Positions 42,988 to 54,154 of a stretch of DNA of 64,000 nt are shown here, one piece after another. Every line of letters starts with the position of its first letter. The first letter of the stretch is position 1. A program made the translations under genes and the position numbers. The notes beneath the pieces are model-generated. The model was not told where the DNA came from and searched no databases. It saw only the letters and a list, made by a program, of their open reading frames with translations. The stretch lies in NCBI GenBank assembly GCA_964247055.1, contig OZ176054.1, positions 1,860,001 through 1,924,000 on the forward strand, written 5' to 3'. The stretch is from Paragordius varius (Eukaryota; Animalia; Nematomorpha).

Positions 42988-43814
42988 ATGAATCGCACCT
43001 TTCAGCGAAATGTGCTTTACAATGTGATTGCAACCGGTATCGGATTTTTAGGCTTAAGTTATGCTGCAGTTCCCTTATATAAAAAATTCTGCCAGGTAAA
43101 TTATCTATATATTTTTTTTTTATAAATTTGCTTATATTTTTTATTTTTAGTATACCGGTATAGGTGGAAATAGCGCTTTGCTTAGTCAAACCGATTATGG
43201 GGATTTAGCTAAAAAGCCAGTTGGCACACGTCCATTTAAAATTATTTTTAATGCCGACACAAACTCTCTCACGCAATGGAATTTTAAACCTTTGCAGCAT
43301 AGCTTAAAAGTAATTAAATTTTTTGTCACTTTTTTATAAGCATATTTCATTTTTTATATTTAAATTGAATAAATCTGTATCCCTTACTTTTCATTATAAA
43401 CAAATTTTTTTGTGCTTATATTAATTTCCAAAAAGGTGGTTTCTGGGGAACCATCGTTGGCTTTTTATTCGGCCGAAAGTAATGATACCGAACCAGTAAT
43501 TGGGATTGCAACCTACACGATTTTGCCATATGCAGCGGCTCAGTATTTCCATAAAATTCAATGTTTTTGTTTTGAAGAACAACTTTTATATCCTCGCGAA
43601 AAAGTTTACAATAAATTTGATTTATAAATTCTATACCAAACCATTTTTTGATTAATTTCCGTTTTAATCTATCATTTTTTAGATTGATCTCCCTTTGCTT
43701 TTCTACGTGGATCCGGATATCGAAAAAGACCCAAACCTCAAATACATTGATAACATTGTTTTGTCTTACACATTTTTTAAATCCAAGAATGAATTCGAAG
43801 ATGTTGATACGTGA
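42988..43814 (+). CDS. COX11: Cytochrome c oxidase copper chaperone COX11
   Basis: Exons ~42988-43074, 43151-43289, 43436-43603, 43683-43814. Motifs: GLSYAAVPLYKKFCQ, FNAD..QWNFKP, GIATY, YFHKIQCFCFEEQ, DLPLLFYVDP, LSYTFF. Confidence 0.96.
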
Positions 43815-44552
43815 CGAGTTATAAATAAATATTATTCTTTCCACAAATAATTACAAATAAGTTGGATATTTTGATTTAAAGATTTATTTTAATGTTAAAT
43901 GCAATGGGATTCACCAAAAAATATATAGGGTCACAAATGTATTTAACTTGTTTCAATGACCGTGCACCATATAATATGGCTGAAAATTCCATAGCTGACA
44001 TATACGCAGTAATTTATGCTCAAAATAACATCAAAAAATTTAAAAAATAACTCAGGACCATAAAAAGCACTTTTAGGGTAGCATGTGACCCGTGGCCACG
44101 ATTTTAAAATTTGTTGTGAATATTATTCGTGTGTAGTTATAATTTAATATAATTTGTTGATTTGAATTATATTTTTTGATAATAACGATTGAAAAAATAA
44201 GACATGAAACAAAAAATTTAAATAAACATTTAATATTATAAAGTGTTTCCAATATTTTTGGCAAAGCATCATGTTTGTACTTACACACCCCCACTAAAAA
44301 CATTACTAATTACCCTATATCCTTCACAAATAAATATAGTATATGCTGGAAGAATTTATAAGCTAAATTTTACAGATTTCATATTTTAATTGTTTTAGGA
44401 CATGTACTTTGGGAAATTTTTTGGTGTGCGTTATGTTCGATAAAAACTATGTCAGAATAGTGAAAAAATTTAAACGATACCAAAATGGCGAGAAAACAAC
44501 ATAATGTTTAACTTTCAATATTTTTATTCAAAAATTATATTAAATATGTCAA

Positions 44553-45725
44553 TCAAGATGGAATCAATATTTTTGAGTTATTTTCGTCAACTTTATCGTT
44601 TTCGAATTTTTCCTCAGACCCAATTTTCGATTGTGTATCCCTTAAGGAATCATGAAATAGGAGTCGTAGGGCCCGTATGCATTCATCTTCATACGTTTTG
44701 TTGTGAACAACAGATTTCCAATCAACTTTTGATGGGGCATTCAATAGCGCTGGTTGACAGAAAACTTCTCTAATTGAAAAATAAGAAGAGTTGAAAAATC
44801 GTTAAATATTAATTTATTACTGTTCATCAATATACTTTGGTTTTTAGGCTAGTATAATTAGCACACAATTAAGTGTTTAACTATAAAATATATGGCTGAA
44901 ATATATTTTGCTTTATATTATCAATTGATCTTTAACACAAAAATATTTCAACGTATAAATTTTATTGAGTAATTATGGGAAATCTGGATATACTCTCTGA
45001 GAATATTGTTCGTTTAATTTTTAGCTAAACTAATAAAGGAAAAATATTATAAATATGTTTAACATTAAATTTACCAACAAATATGAGTTTACGAAACATT
45101 TAGTATGATAAAATTCTCAAAAGGATGTCTTAATACAAAATTATAAATGCTTAGGATAGGTATTGTTTGGGATAAAATAAAGATACGTGTTTTGAAAACC
45201 TGGCAAAATTAATTGGAAAATTGGTATTATCATTAATTTCACAAAAATATTTGACACCATCATCCTGTTCAAGGTAAAAATAACGCATCCGGTTATTTAC
45301 AACCTAAAAATTAATTGCAAATAAACTTGTTTTATATCAGTATATTCAGGAAGAATATTTAGGGTGAAATTATATTTTCTAGCCATCTCCATAAACGTCG
45401 TTTCGACCGATTTATACTTATCGTTGGAAACTTGCAAGCAGTGAATTTGAAAGTGTGGTGTTTTGTAATTTCTTTCAAAAAAGACGGCTCTTAAATTTTG
45501 TGTTTTAAAAAAGTTTATTAAAAATTGTTTTATATCATTAATCTCTTTCAAAACTGTCGGAGGAACGTAAGATATGGAAGAAAAATGATCAATCGGTGCC
45601 ATAATAATGTGATATGGTGTTAAAAATCCTTTTGCCAGCGCAATATAGATTTCTTTACCGACATAAACAATTAATTCTTTATCAATATTTTTATTGCCCA
45701 AGCAAAACCAGCAATTGGCTGTCTG
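44553..45725 (-). CDS. CWF19L1: CWF19-like protein 1, C-terminal CwfJ (HIT-like) part; 5' exons unresolved
   Basis: Exons 45725-45327, 45303-~45200 and ~44768-44553. Motifs: CWFCL, YIALAKG, HIIMAPIDH, VFFERNYKTPHFQIH, YFYLE, FPINFAREV, LLNAPSKVDWK. Confidence 0.85.
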
Positions 45726-46102
45726 CATAGCGAGTTAAAAAATTTAAATATATCAACATATGTGAAACCAAAAATATGAAGGATTATCAAAAATAAAATT
45801 TACTTTCTATGATTACGTTTATAAATTGAACTTCTTCAAAAGTGTATTAGTTTGATTTCCATATATAAGGGTGTGATTTTAATTTAATATATTCAGTTTT
45901 TTAGTAAAACTAAAATGTGTAAATTTTTAATACGTAAAAACATGTCCATAAATTGGTTTTTGTTAAATCAGAAAACATCAATTCTATATGCTTATTAATT
46001 TATGACTGACGCTGAACTAGGAGGAGGCTTTTATTAATTTAGCGTAAGCCCTACTCAGAAAATAATCCCTTAATGTGTTTATTATTACAAATGATTTAAT
46101 TA

Positions 46103-46317
46103 CAGTTATGTATCCTTTATTTTATCAAAAATTTATTTTTTTTCGTTAAATGGGCATAAATATTTGGTGAAGAATGGAAAAAACAAGAGCTCTATGGTAA
46201 TTGTTATTTTTTGATGAATGATATTGTTAAGAGCTCTTGTTTCTTCCATGCTTTAACAAATAGTTATACCCAAACGAAAGAAAATAAATTTTTGATAAAA
46301 TAAAGGATACATGACTG
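46103..46317. mobile_element. Palindromic Tc1/mariner-type MITE
   Basis: TA|CAGTTATGTATCCTTTATTTTATCAAAAATTTA ... reverse complement|TA. The arms pair over roughly 90-100 bp. Confidence 0.85.
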
Positions 46318-47229
46318 TAATTCCTCTTGATGCCGTAAAGCAATACAGTCGATCCATATGTATAACCATTCCCATGTAAAAACTTTAAAAGATATGTCTT
46401 TTAGTTTAAATATGGCTCATAATTTTGTTTAGCGTTTAGCCCTTCCCTTCTCTAAGTAAAAATCAACTCCTAAAAATTATATCTCTGACGCCATAATCTG
46501 GAACTAAAAATTAATTAAATGCTCATTATTAGGATTTTAAATATATCAAAAAGGCACAACCTTTATGATGCCAGAAACCATATAGAGTTTTGACCTTTCA
46601 AAATACAAGGAATCCCTCATAGTTTCAAGGTGCATGCTGTTGAAGGATGAATCGGTACACTTGAAATGATAAAATCAGTAAATAAAAATTGAATATAACG
46701 ACGATTCCGGAAACGTTTTGAAACTAATTAATAAAAAACAACTATATTTATGATCCACATAGATATGAATGGAAAGGTGGAAAGAAAATGAGTTCAACTT
46801 TACGGGTAGACACAAAAAATAAGCAATTTAGATGACTTAGAAAGAGTTATATTTAGCGGTAAAATATCTAAAACAAGGCTAAGATTATCAGTATCGATTA
46901 AGAAAATATAAACAGTAAGATTATTCTAATTAATAAATCTATCCTTTGTTCTACCCGACTACATGTTTTAGTCTTAATGATTAGAAAAATCGTCAGGGTC
47001 TAAACAAAATTAAATTATTGCTAATCCGAGGGCTCTCATTTATTTGTAGAACCTAATTGATTACATTATTGATATATATTAGCATTGGTAAAACACTAAA
47101 TTTAGAAAAAATATTTTCCCATTGTCGCCGCTGTTTATATTTGGTACTAATTTTAAATCTGTTTTTTTTGCTGACTATATTTTTCATTCAATTATAAGAA
47201 AATATTGTATTTGAAATTTTTAACAACAC

Positions 47230-47700
47230 TTTTAACCCTTTGTAAACTCTTAGTGACCTTTTCACTTTTTGTCCGCGATGACATTATTTTGGGTAGTTTT
47301 ATACCCCAGAGCTCAATCTTATAAATACCTTACTGTTTTGAAATTTTAGTTAAATTTCAATTATCAATTTTTCTCCTGCATTAGATAAAAAAGCGTATAT
47401 TTTTTAGTTTTTTGACTTGTAATATCTAAAATTGATACACCCAAATACGATTGAATTAAACAACTGATTTTAAAATATCAAATTTTTGCTGGTAAAATGC
47501 TACCTGTAAGTTAACCAAAGTTAATATTTATATTTATTGGCCATAATATACATTTTTTTGCCTATTGTAATACTGATTTAGAAATTTTAAGAAAAAGGCG
47601 GCGAAAAAGTTTGAGATAAGGATTTTCATTTTTTTATATTATGGATATAAGGCTAAAGCATATATACCTTAAATATTTATTTAAATTTTAAATCACTATG
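47230..47700 (+). repeat. Dispersed repeat, homologous in inverted orientation to pieces at ~55100-55760
   Basis: Shared blocks (CACTTTTTGTCCGC, GGGTAGTTTT, AGAGCTCAATCT, GCTGGTAAAATG, AAAGGCGGCGAA). It starts TTAA|CCCTTT, which is piggyBac-like. Confidence 0.55.
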
Positions 47701-48423
47701 CGATGTAAATATACCAAAAGGTTATGAAGTGTTAAAACATGCGGGAACCATCTATTTTATGCATTAAAACGGAACCGAATAGATTTAAAAAATTGCGGGG
47801 GTAATCAAATCATAAATTGAAAACAGAATGGTTGTGAGAAGTCGTCCAAATAATCATTTCACCCATATTATTTTAAAACTGCCATTTTGGCAAGCTATTT
47901 TAAACTATATTTAAATATATTAAATATCCTATTGATTGCAATTTAAATTTTCATATCTTATCAAAATATCACATCAAATACTGTTAAAACAATAAGGATA
48001 TATAGAGTTCTTCATTAGACGGTTCATCATTAAAGGTATCCAGATATTTTATTTTTATGTTGTATTTAAGCTTTATTATAAGTTAAACCAGATTCAGCTT
48101 GGGGATTCGCTCAATGATATCAAGTATATATATTATTTTAATACATTTTACAATCTCGAACAGAACAGGATTATAAAAAAAGAATGCATATTTAGCAATT
48201 GAATTTGTATTGTAAAGTAATACCAATTATTTTAAAATATTTTATGTGTGCGATTACTTGTTGGATTCATTATAACAACAAACACTTTTTTACATTTCAT
48301 TTAGAAAAACAAATAATCTTTTATTTATTTATTAAAAAAAGTGAAAATGCAGTCAGTAAATGAGATGACTAGTATAGGTGTTATAGTGCAAAGTACATAT
48401 ACTGAGTATAATGTGGCAAAAAA

Positions 48424-51400
48424 TTATTTGATTCTTTTGTAAATGAGTTCAGCATAATACGTAAATACATCCTTAGGTATATGAGGCATAGCTTTTTTGG
48501 CTTGTTCAAGAGAATCTAAAGGAAAAATTATATGAGAGAATCAATCATTTGTCGCACTTTATTATATAATAAATATAACATTCCAATATGAGATAATAAA
48601 AAACTAAATGATGAAAAAGTAATCAATCCTATTACAAAAATAATATGTATATAAACCTACCTTCTTTAACATATATATTGCCATCAGGGATCTCCTCTGA
48701 ACTCCCAACAAAAAATCTCGCATCCACCGAATCTCCATGATTATTTTGCTTCAATCTTTTGCAACTTTCAATGTTATCAACAACATTATTATTTTGCAAG
48801 TCATGGTGATTTTCAACGATATCAGTGTTATAATTATTGCCATCATATAAATTTTCGATTTCAGATTGTATCAGATTGTGGTAATACGTTTCAAATTGAA
48901 TGAAAAGCTCAGGTAATCCTAAATCCCTATACACCTGTTTAACACGCTCGATTGCGGATGCAGTTTCTAAAATAAGATATAAATAAAATTTGTTGTAAAC
49001 TACAGATTAATTAATAATATTTCATGGAAAATAAATAACCAAATACTTAATTTTACTTATTATTTATTGATTTTTGAATCGTTCTACATTAATTAAAGTA
49101 AAAGCAACTAAAATTTTAATATTTTATTAAATGGCTATAAATAATTCAAAAATACAACCTTTTTCATCGGATTTTTTGCCATAATTTTGTCGCAATATTT
49201 TCGCTTGTTCTTGAGAAGCCTTTTCCACAGCATTCACAATGAGCCAAGAACATTTAAAATCTTGAATATCTGTGCCAATTTTTCCAATCACCTCAGGCTC
49301 ACCAAAACAATCCAAATAATCGTCCTTTAATTAGATATATAATATTTTGGAATTATTATAAAATAAAGGTGACAAATCAAAAAAAACATATAACAATAAG
49401 TCTTGAATGATACACCCTAATTATTTTAAAAACAGTTTATAAGCAATAAATATTGATTTCCATTAAGATATTAACCAACTGATTCTTTGATATTCTTTGG
49501 GCGATTTATTTTTTATAATATAACTACATATAGAAATTATCGATAAAAATATCAATAAATTTAAAATTTTGATATCATATTCTATATATTTCGATAAAAT
49601 CCATAGGATAATATCTAAAAATTAAAAAGTTGATGCAAAATGTTCATGTTAAATAAGGTTATGATATAATAAATTATTAACAAGATATGTTAAAATGTTT
49701 ACCTGTACTTGGAAATAATATCCCATATAGTAAAGAATGCGTTTACACGTTTTAACATTTGACTCATCCCAATAACCTGTCTGAAAATTACAATATAATT
49801 TTTATAAATATATAAAAAATCTTAAAATAATACATATATATATTTTAAAAGTAATACCAAATGCAGTGCTGCTAAAATGGGTAAATAAAATGAATAATAT
49901 ATCGTTTTGTATTTAACGATAGTTTCATATCTTTCGAGTGTAAAATAGGACTTAAATTCGGCATCAGATTGTATTTCATGATATCTAGATTGCAATGTAT
50001 CAAGGCATTGACCCATTTCTGTCCGATTTATTATCTAAAATAATATGATTTTTATGAAAAAAATCATAAAATGACTATTAAATTTGAATTATATAAAAAA
50101 GTAAGATAAATTATTTTTTATAAAGAAAACTATATTTTTAATCTTTGTCTTTTTTAATGTAACCTAGGGTTTTCGGTTTTGAAATAGTGGACAGGTAAAT
50201 TGGTGTCAAACTCAATTTTATATTTCACATATAAGAAATAAAATATTTTTTATGCAAAAATTCTTTTACTAATTTTAATTATTTCATAAATTATCTTACC
50301 TCTAAAAATAATTCTAGCATAGATAGGTAACAGGGATCATCGGATAAATACTTTTTCAACAAGCTAAAAATAGAGGATTCAATAAAGATGGCATCGTTTA
50401 TAGCAATGTTTCCTACCTCTTTCTATATGAACAAAAATAATATTTATATATTTCAATACGAAATCCAAAAAACCAAATTGTGTAAATTTGTATGTATAAA
50501 TTTTCTTTAGATATATTTTATAAAATTCCTTTTTTTTCATTCAAAGAAAATTTTCATAACACAATTATATGAATATAATGAATAACTGTTGTTAAATTAA
50601 AAAACATTCTAATAAATGCGATAAAAACTGTCATAATTGATTGAAAAGGTGTTTAAAAATTCCTTAATTTAATAGAATATCTTTTGTAAAAAATTACATT
50701 TTTGTACCAACAAGGCTGATCCCGTCGTGTGATTGATTCGTCCATTATATCATCCAATATAAGGAAAAAAGCTTGCATCTAATTAAGAAAATAAAACTAT
50801 GTAAGATTTACCTAAAATAACACCCATACAAATATATAATAAAATACATGTACAGTATGCAGTTTAATGGTTCCTTATTTCATATTATACCATTTACAAT
50901 TCAAATTCACCCTTAAACAATTCAAATTGACCCTTGAACAATTCAAATTCACCCCTGAACAATTCAAATTCAACCTCAAATAAAATATATGTTTTTAGAT
51001 TAAAAATTACCCAATATATTTATATATTTTTAAACAATAAAAATTTTGTTTTAAATTTAAATAATACTGAAAAAATAAACTATGCCATAATGATATATTT
51101 CTCATTAATAAATGAGTTATATTAGTTTGAAAACACATAATTTATTTTTAGGGTGAATTTGAATAGTTCGAGGGTGAATTTGAGCTTAAATGGTATATAT
51201 AAGGTTGCAACACAGTAGTGCTGTAAGAAAAAAAAATGTTTATTCAACATATTGTTGTTTTTTCCATACATGACTGTGTTGCGAATTTCCCAACAATAGT
51301 GGGAAATAAGCAACCATTAAAATGTATATTATATATGATTGATTTCGATCAAAGTTTTTCCCCAAAATTAAAGGTGGCTGAGTTGATGTAGGATTTGATT

Positions 51401-53244
51401 GATTTCCAAGAGGTTCTACATGACGCATCTTCAAGTTTTATGTCTTGCAAGATAGAATCTTATGTGATTGTGGAAGACCAGGTTTCAAAGGACGTCCTGA
51501 GTCCAGCTTGTAGTGGGATTAGTTGTAAGTAATTATCAGGTTTCCGTCGGTAAATGTGATCTGCCCATTTAAGCTGTTTGGCTCTGATGTAGGAATTAAG
51601 GTTAATGATATAAAAGATTTTGAATGGGTTAAATTCATTTTGAAAGCTGTAGAGTTGACTGTGTTAAAGGTGTAAAACATAGTTTTTAATATTTTGGTTC
51701 AGCGAATCGAAAATTTGTGATGTTTGATTTTTTCATTGGCCAATACTCAGCGCCATAAGTTAGGGTAAGTCGTATAATTTGGTTGGTTTCAAGATTGATA
51801 TAGTTATTATTTAGATGTGTTTTAATAAATGATATTTTCCCAGGCCTCCAAAGTTCTATGTTTTAGGGTCTCTTTTATTACTCGTTTGGGGGAAATTACG
51901 TCGTCTAAATATTTAAATTGGGTGACAGTTTCGTAGTTAAACCAATTGGGAATAGAATTTGAAATGCTTGTAACGGGTGGATGATTTTTTATGCACATGG
52001 TTCGGCGTATATGAAGCCAAAATTTGCATGTAAGGCACCGAATAGAATTCGTTTTTACTGCTTGATTACAGAATCTGCAGGGTTTTGGTTTTTTATATTA
52101 CCATACATTATTTTTGTTTTGTTTTATTTGAATTAACTTTGACACCGTGTTCCTCAAGACAGCTTTTACAGGCATCTATGGTTTGTAGTAGTCCATCTTT
52201 GGAAATGTATTCATGAGATCATCCGCAAAGAGTAACTCCTGGGTAGTCTCAGCGAACGTTTTGGTTTTTTCATCTATTACAATTATAAAAAGCAGAGGAC
52301 TAAGGGTAGATCCTTGGTAAAGTCCTGAAAGAATATCTATTAGATCAAATAGACCGTGAGATGTTTCGAATTTGGCTTTTGAACTATTATACAATAACAT
52401 TACCAGAGTGGGGTGTTTGAAAGATTGTATTTGACATATAATAAACATTGCACGTTTGCCGGATAGAAAGCCGAATCGCATATCGTTCAAATAAACTTTG
52501 GATCTTATTTTATCGTACAATATGAGTTCAAAAGAGTTTAAAAGTCTGTTCTAAGATTTTAATATGCGGTATGAATCAGGTGAAGGGGATCGCCTTTTAC
52601 CTTATAAATAGGTATTATGACGCTTTATACTGGAATTCAGGGAGAGTTTCAGAGTAAATGATAAGATTGAACTTGGTAAATTTGAGGAAGTATTGTCACT
52701 AGCTTTTATTATGTCAAGCGTCAGTTCAGATAAGCCTGGTGTTTTACCATTTTTTAGTTTGGCAGACGGATGTTGATATCGTTGATGTATTCAGCGCATC
52801 CGGATAAGGGAGGCTCGGTTGATTATAAGTAATTGGCGAAAGTACTGTTTAATATGGATGGGTTATGAGATATATCATTATTGTTTATTGTTTGTGGCTT
52901 TCACAGATTTTATGTTTGATGACATTTTGTTGGGGTTTGAATGTTTAACATATCTGTATGATGTAGTATTGTTGTTAGTATCTTCCTCGATATTATTTGA
53001 AATTTCCAAGGCTTTGGGATTTATGGCTTCTTTTCTTATTTGTTTTTGGCAAGAGCTTTTAGCGCATAAGAAAATTGTTTTATTTTTGGGAGTATTTTTC
53101 TTAAAACTAACAAAAATACTTTTTACAGATATGTAAGTCATTTAAAATCCAACAAAAGGTCATCAAATTAAACATAAAATCTATGAAAGCCACAAATACC
53201 CATAACCCATTCATAGTAAACAGTAATTTCGCCAATTACCTCAA

Positions 53245-53289
<45 letters not shown>

Positions 53290-54154
53290 TTTAAAATTTG
53301 GTTATTATTTACCATTTTACTTAAGCGGTAATCATTTTGTATAAATACTTGATATATTAGCTATTGAGATATTAAATAAAAGCTATTTTTGATTTATAAA
53401 ATATAAAGGCATTTAATCAAAATAGTATTTTATTTTTAGCCTGTTGAAACAAAATATCTGTGGTCAAGTCATTTTGTAAAAATATTTTTTGAAATATTAT
53501 AGAGACAATTATATTCCTTTAAAGAAGCTTAATAAAAAATGAAAGCGGTTGAAAATTAATTATGATTATACTTTTAACTTTTATGTTAGCACTAATTTTC
53601 ACAAATATATTTTTTTATAAAAATAAAATATAATTCGGAAAATTTATATAATCTGGCAATGTAGGGACGATGTTTTGGTAATAACATATTATTTTCAAAT
53701 CAATTTTTTAATTAACTTTAGCGTTTTATCATAAAATTTTAAAGATTTTATACAAATTATATTATTATAACTTGAGTAAACTGATTTATGATTGGTATAA
53801 TAAATAATAAAAATTTAGAAAGTAATATTGTATATTTTAATTTAAAATTACCATTTCAATACACCATCCAACTATCATTGCTTTTGTGAGTTTTTCATCC
53901 ATTTTCCAATCATATTGTGAATTGGCATGTTTTTTTATAATAATATAGGCAAAAACGCATGCTAAACCTCTATTCTTTTTACCATTAGGAATATTGTAAT
54001 CAAATACCTATGTAAAAAGATTTATTTACCCCTTTAAACCAATTTGAGACGATGGATAATGATGATTTCTGATAAGGGTCCAAAATTTTATGAAGATTAA
54101 TATAGGTTGCATCAAATTGTTTTAATAATTCTTTTTTGTCGGTTTCATTGACAT
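48424..54154 (-). CDS. FDPS: Farnesyl pyrophosphate synthase
   Basis: Exons ~54154-54030, ~54009-53849, 50778-50697, ~50422-50300, ~50034-49855, ~49781-49703, ~49325-49158, ~48966-48661, ~48515-48424. Motifs: [26 protein letters not shown] (FARM), [39 protein letters not shown] (SARM), [12 protein letters not shown], terminal IYKRIK*. An upstream exon is possible. Confidence 0.95.
50853..51326. mobile_element. Tc1/mariner MITE family B copy, interrupted by foldback MITE copy 5
   Basis: Left part TA|CAGTATGCAGTTTAATGG and right part ..AAATAAGCAACCATTAAAATG match 29611-29781. Confidence 0.6.
50890..51193 (-). mobile_element. Foldback MITE family F, copy 5
   Basis: Same termini and 21-bp repeats; core in the opposite orientation to copies 1-4; TATA flanks. 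Confidence 0.88.
51340..52820 (-). mobile_element. Decayed RTE-like LINE
   Basis: [26 protein letters not shown] (RT), [12 protein letters not shown] and QLKWADHI on the minus strand, with stops and frameshifts; in an FDPS intron. Confidence 0.8.
52829..53240. mobile_element. MITE with long (~140 bp) imperfect TIRs
   Basis: GTAATTGGCGAAAGTACTGTTT..TGTGGCTTTCA..ACATATCTGT mirrored by ACAGATATGT..TGAAAGCCACA..AAACAGTAATTTCGCCAATTAC. Confidence 0.75.

Noticed and set aside
43416-43844. 142-aa antisense ORF over COX11 and similar antisense ORFs over FAM13, CTSL and QOR
   Set aside because: Shadow ORFs of real exons, with AT-biased composition and no motifs.
47985-48130. ATATCCTTA on the minus strand as a second U12 donor, plus an 18-nt putative intron
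   Set aside because: No homologous coding context or matching branch site/AC acceptor; probably the FDPS 3' UTR or intergenic DNA.
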